Positions 26,390 to 37,760 of a DNA stretch of 64,000 nt are shown here, piece by piece. A program made the position numbers and the translations under genes. The notes under the pieces were generated by a model. That model ran no database searches. It saw only the letters and a program-made list of their open reading frames with translations, and was not told the origin of the DNA. Origin of the DNA: Octopus bimaculoides (lineage: Eukaryota); NCBI RefSeq assembly GCF_001194135.2, contig NC_068996.1, positions 52,045,684 through 52,109,683 of the forward strand, read 5' to 3'. Each line of letters starts with the position of its first letter. Within the stretch, counting starts at the first letter, position 1.

Positions 26390-26812
26390 AGGAGTGGCTG
26401 TGTAGTAAGCAGCTTGCTTACCAACCACATGGTTCTGGGTTCAGTCCCACTGCGTGGCACCTTGGGCAAATGTCTTCTACTATAGCCTCGGATTGACCAA
26501 GGGCTTGTGAGTAGATTTGGTAGACGGAAACTGAAAGAAGCCCGTCGTATATATATATGTATATGTCTATATATGTGTGTGTGTGTGTGTGTGTGTTTGT
26601 GTGTCTGTGTTTGTCCTCCCAACATCGCTTGGCAACCGATGCTGATGTATTTAGGTTCCCGTAACTTAGCGGTTCGGCAAAAAGAGACCGATAGAATAAG
26701 TACTAGGCATCCAAAGAATAAGTCCTGGGGTCGATTTGTTCGACTAAAGGCGGTGCTCCAGCATGGCCGCAGTCAAATGACTGAAACAAGTAAAAGAGTA
26801 AAGAGTAAGAGT
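26390..26812 (+). mobile_element. SINE S1, full length
   Basis: GGAGTGGCTGTGTAGTAAG..GGGTTCAGTCCC tRNA-like head, GGCACCTTGGGCAAATGTC CORE-like block, central microsatellite, (AAGAGT)n tail. Confidence 0.9.
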
Positions 26813-26997
26813 ATACCATGTCAATCAACATCATCTCTAAGTACATCATCACCCTCATTGTTTGATAGTGCTCCCATGTCCAATCATGGGTCCTACATTT
26901 ATTTTACATAAGGGATTGTTTTTTTTCCCATCTCTAGAATTGATACAATCAAAAACTTTTCTATTGCTTCCATTTCCTTCAATATACTCTGCTTTAA

Positions 26998-27428
26998 TCC
27001 TTTAGCATTTAAACTGGCCATATCTAGTCCAAATATTCTACCTGTTTTTAATGTTCAAACATGTCATATCCAGCCTCTTACACCTAGCCTACAATGTCAT
27101 TCTACAAATAAATAACCACATCATTGAAATCTCAAAGCTATGGGACAATGCAGGATTAATTCAAAACAATGTGAATAAATAAGTGTTACATTTAACAGCA
27201 TAATCTGAATGCTGAAGGGTTAAATTGGCCATATCAGACCCAAATATTCTGCTTGTTGTATGTTCAAACTGGCCAGATCCTGACTCTCACACCTCTCCTA
27301 CAATGTCATTCTAAAAACAAACAATCACATCATTGAAATTTCATAGTGACAACATTTCACAAAATTAATACAAAACAAGGTGAATAAATAAATATTGCAT
27401 ATAACAGAATAATCTGAATGCTGAAGGG
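26998..27428. mobile_element. piggyBac-like MITE, tandemly duplicated between TTAA sites
   Basis: TTAA-(T)CCTTTAGCATT start. Two ~210 bp units each end GAATGCTGAAGGG-TTAA. Confidence 0.65.
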
Positions 27429-30054
27429 TTAAACAAACTTACTTCACTCACATCAATAAAACCTTCATATACATTTGGCCAATAATTTTTTCACAATTTC
27501 GTTTTAAAAACCAAATGCCATGAAAACAATACCCAAAGTCAATATAAAAATTTATTCAAAATATAAGATCTAAATAAAAGTCCTTTTATTTTTTAGTTTT
27601 TAATAAATTTGGATATGTTGATGAGGATGAAAATTTACAAAATATAACATGCTTTGTGTAATTCAAGACGAAATGAACCATTCATACATAAATAAAACAC
27701 TAAACTGAGATAAGTGAAATTAACCTGTTTTCACCTACATGTAAATATTCAAGGAAAGTGGGGTTTATTATTATTAGTAGTAGTAGCAGTGAATGCTAAT
27801 AACTAATATGTAAACAGAAATATAGAAACAGGAGTCAAAGTCGCAAATTTGATGACGGAAAAGTTATTTTTGGTAGAAAATGTCACATTACATTTAAATT
27901 TCGTAACTATTATAGCGAATGAACAAATATCTTAAGAAGCATAACTGACAGTGCGTTCCGTACATGTTGACAACAATTTATATAATGGCAATGCATAATA
28001 TGGGAACAAAATCATGTTTTATTCAATATTTTAAATAAAACATTGAAACAAAAAAAAAGATTAAGTGGTTTATTGAAGTTTTCTGCAGCCTTTTATACCA
28101 TTTGGTTTTCCGTGGCATTTTTTTTCCTGCAGTTATTTAATAAACTGAACACAAAATAAATTAGGTCATCGTCACCTATAAATTACTGGAGTGCCGAACT
28201 TTACTATATTTTTACTTCTCTCTTTGCATGGAATTTATATATGTGCAAGAAAATAATAATACTAATAATAATAATAATTTGTTTTTAGGACCCCTCCCTC
28301 CCAGAAAAACACTATTGTTTGCCTTTACCTGTGTATAACAAAATTATAATTAAACACACTGACAACTTGGTAAAACATTAGTGTGTATTTTCTAATTATC
28401 TAGAATTATCTTTTTGACAATCACTGTCTTACTTCACACAATAAATCATTTCCTTAGCACAACAGCATAAAATTATTTGAATGAAAAGGTATTTGATATA
28501 GGTTTTCTAAATGCTTCTATGGTATCAGTAAATTGGCCTCACTGAAAACTGAAACAAGGTTGCATGCTTGTCGTACTAAAAGTTTATTACTTGCTATAGC
28601 AAAGACACAAAACCACGAATATTTTCGAGCCAACAGTCAAGCTATATCGAATATAATACTTATGAAGACTAGCTACAAAAATAATGAATGTTTTTTTTTT
28701 ATGACTAGAAACAGTAATTTCTCTTTTAAGCAAGAAATAATGACAAAGGGAAAAGCTACATCCTCATGGTGTCAGCTAATATAAATGAAATTCTGAGAAA
28801 ATAAAACCTTGTAAAAAATATTAGTAGTTGATTGTAAACGCCAGAGAAAATTAGCATAGAAATAACTCAAAGAATTTAGTAGTTAGTAGCAACTTTTGAA
28901 TATGATTTATGTATGGATAATATCCCTCAAATTTTTAAACTTGAAAATTAAGATTCAAAAGTAATTATAAAATTTGTTTTGTGTAAATGGAACAAAAATC
29001 ACAATTATTTTAACACCAATATATAGTGTGTATTATATATAAGAGATATTTTTCTGAGATTTCTTTACTAAGAATTATAGGTGCAATCAAACAAAAAAAG
29101 GATGTTAATTTATCTAGGTCTATTTACAAGTTTGCTCACATTAATTGTAGGATGTTATACGCACATATCAATTAATAATAGGATGTTATACACACGTAAG
29201 GACTAGACTAATTTTATTCACTCCTTGAATGTCCAACACTATAATAAACTAAATATTCTATTCTATTTACCTTCTTTGCAGGTACAAGCAGTTTCCTTGG
29301 TGGATTATATTTAGCTCTTTTTTCAGACAAATGAATCTCAGATTCTCATCGCTTATGAAACCTCTGCAGTACAAAGTATGAAAAGTTTTGCAGTACATCA
29401 AAGAATAGAAAAACTATATTAATTGCATTTCAAGATATAACAATCATTTTGACTGAATCCTTTACAATTTCTCTGCATTTAGTATCACAAAAACCACAAA
29501 ACCTTTCCAATGAGTGTGAAAGTGCAACACAATGCAATAATGGAAAAATGTGTCAATAGTTTAGAAAATATAACTTGCAACATTGGCATTTTCTAGAAGG
29601 TCAGTATTTGATTGCCAGAGAATCAATAAGAGATAAAGTATTTACCGGCCCAAAATAGGGCTGTTTACTACAACTGAAGGCAAACGCATTTAAAAAATTA
29701 TTGCAACCACATTGTGATTTCATTCAGAGAAACATGTACCAATGACAAATTTAGTTCCACCTATCTGACAGACTAACAGCTTATTAATTCAACTCTTTCC
29801 ATGTTCTATCATTTCCCCAAAGCCATATTTCAAATTTCTACAGAGCTCTAAAAATAAATGACAACGAAATTAGCATTTGAGGGGAAACAAATCCTTAAAA
29901 AAAAAAAAGGCTAAAAGAATGCGTAACTTTAAACATCCATATTCTAATATAACTTCCTGAAGAATGTTTGGTTCAGTGAGCATAGCTTTGGCAAAATGGA
30001 AAACAAACTAGTTTATTTCGGAAAAATTTGTTTTAATATTTATTTCAAATATTG

Positions 30055-30232
30055 GAACAAGGCCTGAAATTTTGGAGGAGGGGTAAGTCAATTACATCAA
30101 CCCCAGTACACAACTGGTACTTATCAACTGCAAAAGGACGAAAGGCAAAGTTGACCTCAGAATATAAAGGCAGATTAAATACCACTAACCATTTTGCCTG
30201 GTGTGCTAACAATTCTTCCAGCTCACCACCTT
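30055..30232 (-). mobile_element. SINE-like family S4 fragment (plus copy at ~30802-30980)
   Basis: GAGCTGG(A/C)AGA(A/T)T(T/C)GTTAGCA..GAGGTCAACTTTGCC shared between the two loci. Confidence 0.55.
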
Positions 30233-30534
30233 AAATTTCTCAGAATATTCAAAGAAGATCATAAAATGACTTGCATACTTTTCCAAAATATTTTGAATAC
30301 CAAAAATAAGCTTGAAATACTGGGTGGGGAAAAAAAGAGAAGAAAAGAAAAAAAATTAAATTATAAGTATTAGTATTAGTTACAGCGCCTGTAACTATGT
30401 AGCCTTAAGGACTCATTTCCCAAAAAGAAGGACATTGCAGTCTTTTTTGCTGAACCACTAAATCATAGGGACATAAACAAACCTACACTGGTTGTCAAAC
30501 AGAAGTGGTGGGGAGACAAACACATACACAAACT

Positions 30535-30568
<34 letters not shown>

Positions 30569-30676
30569 AAATAGTAAATCCAAAAAAAACAAAGAACAAA
30601 CACACAAAAAAAAAACAACACGAGGATGTGGTATATGTAAAGTATTAGCAGACGCTCAGGGAAAGAAAGAAAAATG

Positions 30677-30711
30677 GTTTTATGTTTCGAGCAAAGCTCT
30701 TCTTCAGAAAC
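30677..30711 (-). ncRNA. Minimal type I hammerhead-like core (HH1)
   Basis: GTTT-CTGAAGA-A-GAGC ttt GCTC-GAAA-CAT-A-AAAC. Stem I GUUU/AAAC, stem II 4 bp. The palindromic CG is apparently mutated to CA. Confidence 0.6.
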
Positions 30712-30978
30712 AGAAGATAGAGGAAAGTCCAGTAGAAAAGGAAGACAGAGGGAAAAAATTGCCAACGATTCACATGTGGTGACATGTATATATGAGGGCA
30801 ATGAGCTGGCAGATTCGTTAGCATACTGGGCAAAATGCTTAGCAGTATTTCACCTGTCTTTCTGAGTTCAAATTCCACCGAGGTTGACTTTGCTTTTCCT
30901 CCTTTTGGTGTCAATTAAATAAGTACCAGTTAATCCCTTTGTTTGTCCCCTCTATGTTTAGCCCCTTGTGGGCAATAA

Positions 30979-31015
<37 letters not shown>

Positions 31016-31253
31016 CATATGTGTGTGTGTGTGTCAAAGTTAGATAAGGCTGGTTTATGGGAAAACCTTAGGTTTTACTTCCATAAAGGGCTTAGCTTTA
31101 TGGTGCATCATCAGATCCAAAACCTGTTGGCTTAAGACCTCTCTAGAATATGAAGGCGGAAAGGACTCCAGCAAATGTATATATATAAAATTAGAAATAT
31201 TACATTTCTAAATCTCTGAGAGAGACTTATACAGTAGCAGCACGATAGGGTGG

Positions 31254-31618
31254 TGGTTTGTTGCCAACTTAATGTGGCAGTCTCAAGAAAGGGAAGAATG
31301 CTACTTCTATTTAGCCCCAGGAAACATCGTTTCCTGTTGGTTATGTGACACAAACATTCTGTGTCCTTAAGTTTTCAAACAGGGGAGATAACCACCTCCA
31401 TCCAGCAAAGCCAGCATCCAGAAACTAGATTCAAAGTCATTGCTCTTCATCAGTCTGGAGCAGCATGGCTTGATAGCTGTTGATGCTTATTCACTTTTGG
31501 AAACTTAAGGACACATACGCTTGTGTCACATAGATAACTGGAAATGCTTTCCTGGGGTTAAATAGCTGTAGCATTCTTCCCTTTCCTGGGACTGTCACAT
31601 TAAGTTGGCAACAAACCA
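31254..31618. repeat. Foldback element: ~125 bp inverted arms (31254-31379 / 31496-31618)
   Basis: TGGTTTGTTGCCAACTTAATGTG..GTGTCCTTAAGTTT is found as a reverse complement on the other side. Confidence 0.85.
31417..31459 (-). ncRNA. Minimal type I hammerhead-like core (HH2) in the foldback spacer
   Basis: TCCAGA-CTGATGA-AGAG caatga CTTT-GAAT-CTAG-TT-TCTGGA. Perfect 6-bp stem I and palindromic CTAG. GAAA is mutated to GAAT. Confidence 0.6.
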
Positions 31619-32184
31619 TCAATGCTTTTGGGTTCTGTGTACCAAATCCACAAACAAGGCTTTGGTCAGCACAGGACTAGATGACATTTGCCAAACATAC
31701 TACACAATGTGACTGAACCTGAGACTATATGGTCAAGAAGCAAACTTCTTACCACACAGCAATGCCTGCACCTATTTGAAATCAAATAAAAATTCTAACA
31801 TACTACTTTATTGAAGAAATTCTAGTTATTTAATCACCAATTCATTTTTTTTTTTTCAAAGTAAATTATTCATTTCTTGCATTTTTTTATGGGTTGAAAT
31901 TTCTCTTCATAGCAATTACTTTTTACTTTTACTTGCCATTTGTGGGAGCTTTCTGATGGTCAGGAGATTTTTGTTTTTTTAATGACCGCACATTTTTCTG
32001 AGAAGTTGTTACATATTTTGAATTTTGTTTTGACTGAATTCATTTGCAGAGAATGAACTCAAGATGTAGATGTCATGGCCAAAATAATTGATATTCTATG
32101 TGAACATAACAGTATATATAAGGATATGCATACTAAGTTAACATTGCTATATATAAGTACTAAACTTCTCAGACTTAGCAAATA

Positions 32185-32705
32185 CAGTGATACCTCAGCA
32201 GTACGAGTTTAATTTGTCCCATGACCAAGCTCGTCTTACGATTTACTCATTTTACAAACCAATTTTCCCCTTTGAAATTAACTAAAATATAATTAATTCA
32301 TTCCAGCCCTGAAAAGACACTCAAAAATAATCTTCTATGAGTTTTAAAACAAGAAAGGTGTAGTTACAAATAAAATGACAATTACAAAAAAGGGAATGCA
32401 AAAGAAATCTGTAAACTGATTTTGGGGGTTGTATTCTAGGCCTTGACCTGAGCAAAGAATGGGGCTTGCTCCTTTGAGTTGGGAAATGAATGGAATGCCT
32501 GGTGTGTGTCTTGTTGTGGCTAACCCCACCTAAAAAAAAATGGGAATAGGCCTGGGTATATGATATGATATGATTAATAATGATTAACCTTAACGATGGG
32601 ATGATTTGTGTCCTCATATCATGGATTTCCCCTTGTACTTCAAGACAAAAATTTGCACAAGTCTCAGCTCGCACAGTAAATTATTTGTACTGTGAGGTTC
32701 TACTG
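32185..32705. mobile_element. Non-autonomous Tigger/pogo-like element with TA target duplication
   Basis: TA-CAGTGATACCTCAGCAGTAC left end. GTACTGTGAGGTTCTACTG-TA right end (revcomp CAGTAGAACCTCACAGTAC). Confidence 0.7.
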
Positions 32706-33239
32706 TAATTAAAAATAATATTCTTTGCTATGATTATCTATAGTCTTACAAGTATTGATAATTGCCTCTGCAATTCCATACTTTTCTTATAATTCATTCA
32801 CATCAAGATCTCAAAGGTTACAGGTTGTCACTACATCACAGAAGGTATGGAATTTGTTACGAAAACTACTTTCCAAGAAGTTATATCTGTCATAGAAAGT
32901 AATGAATTCTGCTTTACATTTTTTTAGATGCATCTAGAATAATCTGAGTAAGGTTGNNNNNNNNNNNNNNNNNNNNNNNNNNNNNNNNNNNNNNNNNNNN
33001 NNNNNNNNNNNNNNNNNNNNNNNNNNNNNNNNNNNNNNNNNNNAAAAAAAAAGCGAAAAGTCTTTTATTCTTCTCTCAAGCTTGGTTTTTAGTTCAACCA
33101 TTAGCTTAAATATTGGAATTATGATGAAAGACTTGGCTTGTACTGCTTCAAAACTGAGAATGGTTTATAAGTGTGACTAAGTAAGAAGAAATAAACTCTT
33201 GGTAATTCAGACATTTTCTTCATCTCTTTAAAGTTCAGC

Positions 33240-33920
33240 CATAGTGCTTTGAGCACTGCATTCTAGGACTTCCCAGCGTCTAAGTATTTCATCATTTGAT
33301 GGAAAAAGAGAAAGAAAGAGAACCATTGGGTTACAACACAAGATGACAATTATCAACTTCTACAATTTCACAAAATTTCCTTTTAGCTGAGACACTTGAA
33401 AGATTGTACACTGATCAAAATCAATTTTTGTTTTTCCATGTCAAATATTAGTACATTGTGCAAAATATTGGTTTGACAGTTTGCAAGAATAATGTCTTTT
33501 TGAACTATTTTCAAGTCTTGACAAACGCTGATGTCTTTTCTTTAGTTTATAAAACTTGCATTGTCGTTGGATACTTTATCAGATCTAGATATGACATCAC
33601 TAATTAAATTAATGGCCAATTAATCATTTCCGTTTGATGATTCATTGCTGTACAAATCAAGTGAAACATCATATGCTGCACATCCTTCTTAAAATGAATG
33701 TATCTCTGAAGTACTGAGAAATTCTTTGTTTGCACTTTTGCTTGATGCATCAATTGCTACTGAAGGGAGCAAACCATACTCGTTGATATATTCCACAAGA
33801 TTTTGTACAAAAGACTCATGCTGGAATATTTTCTTCACACAGAACTTTTGCATTAGTGGTCTCACAATCCCTGAATCACTGCATATTCCTATGTCAACTT
33901 CTCTGTTTAAATGATGAAGT
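33240..33920 (+). mobile_element. hAT (Charlie/Buster-like) transposase remnant
   Basis: VLRNSLFALLLDASIAT resembles the FxLxLDEST motif. An upstream LSLDT resembles LSNDT. Heavily decayed. Confidence 0.4.
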
Positions 33921-36281
33921 TTCATAGAATGGTTTCACTTTGCACATCCAAGATTTTGCCACCTTGAGCTGATCAAGCTGGCACTAACAACCGTGAAAAT
34001 AGTGACATACAAACAATACAAGTGATAATTCTATTATCTGTGATACTATATTGTTCCCCTTCACTCTTTCCCGTATCAACAATTTCCACATGACAATGGC
34101 TTCATTTTTAAAAAACTATATTTACCTTATTTTGATACTAATATAGAGCAGTAAAAGTTTGACGTTAGTATCTTAAAAACTTAAGTATACTAAAGCTGGA
34201 TGCCTGGTAGTTATAATTTGGGTGTCTCCAAAAAGGGGAAAACTAACACTTGGCTAAAGATGTCAACAAACAGAGTAGGATGCTTGGAACTACACTGATC
34301 TTAAACTGGAAGTTTAACTCTTCCAACATAAGCATTTTTTATTGTAATGTATCTAGTTATTTAGTCAAATATCAATTATTATAATAATAAAAAGTTTTAA
34401 TTCATTTTCTTTCTTCTACTAGCCTATATGTAGTGTGTTTTCCTCAGAAAATTTATAGTGGTAATAGTGTCTTTTGACGTCTATTTTTCAGTTTGTGGTG
34501 AGGCACAAGCCAAGCCCTTATTATAATTATAAAATACTTAGTCATATATATTTATAGTTACCACTCCTATATAGTTATTTATCAACTTCGTTTAGTCATC
34601 TACTATCTGTAATACAAATGTTTAAATAATTTTATTTGACACAAGAATTTTGTACCTTAATCCATCAAAAATCATGCTCTTTCCCACTCATTATTTTAAT
34701 GTTTGGTCATTTGAAGTTTCAGAGTTCTCTCCCTTATCCACTTTTAGATGAATCTTTAATATTAATGAGTTTTCTCATTAAGACTATATTAATTCAATTG
34801 ATTAAAAATATTTTGGGTCCTATTTTAAATATGTTAACCGATACTTAACTATATATTCTTCAAGCAGAAGGCTTTCTTCAGAAATTTTTCATGATCATTA
34901 TTTTACATATTTTGCATTTCATTTCATTTGAAAGGATACAATAAATTAAATGTATAAAACTATATCAAAATATTGACTAATTTGAGAATGGATTTAATAT
35001 TGATAAAAATGTTTTGACTAAGCACTAAATCTTTTTCAAAGTCAAGAAATACTGTGCATTTGGAGTAAGATAACTTTACAGAAGAATCAAAACAATTATA
35101 TTGTGAATTAGAGTCTTATTTCATATTGCTCATCACAGTTTTTTAAACAACCAAAAGAGTGCTTTAATCCTTTTGATACTAAGCCACCAGAGATCAACCC
35201 TAGTTCTCTGATAGAAATTACCTGTTTCAAATTTACCTAAATTAAAGCATTCCACCAAGATCTCATATTAATTAACATTCCAAACACCAGCTTAATAATG
35301 ACCAAATTATTTTACTAAACCCTTTATTATTTTCAGAATAAATTTAAATAACGGTTTTAACAGAAATATGGTAATAAAAGAATTAAGATAAAATGACATA
35401 TGCAAGATTTCCCCTTCAGATGTGAAACTATCTACAAACTATAAATGATAGTAGGAAAGATAGAATTTTAATATCTAATTACGATCAAAAATGCAAGTCA
35501 ATGATTTTTTTTCCTCATTTATTTTAATCAAAATTATCTGATTAAAATGTCCCATAACTTTTATGCAGATAGGATTTGATACAAATAAAAATTCCTTTGA
35601 TGTAAACATCTTCATCTTCCATCATAATTCCATTCACATCAAAGATCAGAGACAGTTATACGATAGAAGCTCCTCAACTTAGGCAGATCCTTCCAAATTC
35701 CATACATGGCTGTAAACTCCTCCAGTGGATCACTCATTACTGCATTTCAATAGGCAAAGAACACAGCATGTAATGTCTTGAAAAAAATCACCTATCCCAA
35801 TAAACAAGACAGATTTTAGTTGGTAATGCAACTCCTTCAAGACCAGCATCCAAAATGTGAAGGATGCTGCCATGCATTATTCAGCCCACAAGCTTTTCTG
35901 CCTTTCAAATTGCCGCTTTTAATCTCTTGCCAAAAGGATATCTACCGATTTTGTGGGATCCTCTTTCTATCCACTTCTCAACAGCCAATAATGTTTCTGT
36001 AAGGAATATTTCCAGAGAAAGTCCAAACATTTGCTACCTACTTTACATGCATCCAACTTAACACTACATATGCCAGATAAATCTTCCCCAAACTATCCCT
36101 ACACAGTTGAGTTCACTACCACATACACCAAAAGCAAAAACAATTGCATTTCAATGCAACAGGGCCACCAGCCCTGACAATATTCTTTCAATAACCCTCA
36201 AACTAGCACTTATCCTTGGCAAGCAAGCTTTTCAGTCTCTCTACAGAGACATATCCTGATGCTTGGAAACATACTTTAGTA

Positions 36282-36720
36282 TATTTACATTTGACGGATA
36301 TTTATCCTTATCTTGTTTGTTGTTAACACGTTTCGGCTCATATACCCTCCAGCCTTCATCAGGAGTTTTGGGGAAATTTCAAACCTGGGTTCTCATTCCT
36401 AAGGTATTTTTCGATGTTATTATTATTATTACTCAGATTACTGCCTGGAATCGAACTCAGAATCTTGGGGTTAGTAGCCCACACTCTTAACCAATACACC
36501 ATATGCCCGTGGGCATATGACCTGAATAATAATAATAATAATAACAACATTGAAAAATACCTTAGGAATGCGAACCCAGGTTTGAAATTTCCCCAAGACA
36601 CCTGATGAAGACTGGAGGGTATATCAGCTGAAACGTGTTAACAACAAACAAGATGAGGACAAATATCTGTCAAATGTAAATAATGTACATAATTCCTCAT
36701 CTCTTAAATATAGAACTGTA
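36282..36720. mobile_element. Head-to-head palindromic element with tRNA-like head and two hammerhead-like cores
   Basis: Centre CATATGCCC-GT-GGGCATATG (36500-36519). The minus arm has A/B boxes (TGGTGTATTGG, GAGTTCGATTCC). Both arms carry CTGATGA-A-stem-GAAAC. Confidence 0.8.
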
Positions 36721-36984
36721 TATTTTAGTATAACCTGTTCCAAAAGAAGTCAACACTTCTGATCCTTCAAACTATTATACTGAAGTTAATGGAAATCGGC
36801 ATCAACCTTCTCTGTTATTCTGAATCATTTTTCTTCCTTAATGACTATTAGTATGTAGGTTTTTATAAAGTCAGATCCATTGGAGACCTGCATCCATTAT
36901 TCATTTTGTCAATTTCAATCCCTCTTTTCCAGATCACTCCTCATTCATTCCCTATAGATATCGACTTGCAATTTGTTCACTAAC

Positions 36985-37275
36985 ATTATCATCATCATCG
37001 TTTAACATCCGCTTTCCATGCTAGCATGGGTTGGACGATTTGACTGATGACTGGTGAAACCAGATGGCTACACCAGGCTCCAGTCTGATTTGGCAGAGTT
37101 TCTACAGCTGGATGCCCTTCCTAATGCCAACCACTCAGAGAGTGTAGTAGGTGCTTTTATGTGCCACCAGCACGAAGGCCAGTCAGGAAGTACTGGCAAC
37201 AGCCATGCTCAAAATGGTGTATTTTACGTGCCACCTGCACAGAAGCCAGCCCAGCAGCACTGGCAACGATCTCTC
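36985..37275 (-). mobile_element. LINE family B 3' tail
   Basis: (ATC)n-GTTTAACATCCGCTTTCCATGCTAGCATGGG and subrepeats. Confidence 0.8.
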
Positions 37276-37529
37276 TGCACCAATATAAATTAATCCGATT
37301 TGTGTGGTACTTTATTTTATCAACATGAGAACAATAAAAGAGCAAAACTGATTTTGAAGGGACCTATACTCAAAATATGACAAGAACATAAATTAACACC
37401 TAATGATTTAGCTAATGAACCACTTTAATCACTGCAGAGAATACTTGACAGAATCAATAAGATAACAGCAGTATTTATTTTATTAATGCCAGAGATGTAG
37501 AATGACATCTACAAGTGAAATAATGAAAA

Positions 37530-37760
37530 CCATCTAAACAATGTTTTGTTTCTGCCACCACTTTGCCATTTTTGTCAGAATTGTGCAAGGGGAATGGTTC
37601 AATGTGAAAATCCAAATTCCATGGAAAATGAACTGGTTTGTGTCTAAGTCGATAAAAGAGTTCATTTCAGTTCAACTGTTGTGAGCAATGAAGAATTCCA
37701 CATTTTAGCTGCTTTCGTTTTGTGTGAGGAGGGAAAGGAACTGCAAAATGTCAGATTCTT
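37530..37760 (-). mobile_element. mariner transposase C-terminal remnant
   Basis: Minus strand ..GACAAAAATGGCAAAGTGGTGGCAG resembles the RWQKVVE C-terminal motif. Very decayed. Confidence 0.3.

Noticed and set aside
36437-36508. tRNA gene calls here and at the SINE heads (15880, 21372, 26390)
   Set aside because: A/B boxes are present, but the acceptor stems are poor and each runs into a repeat body.
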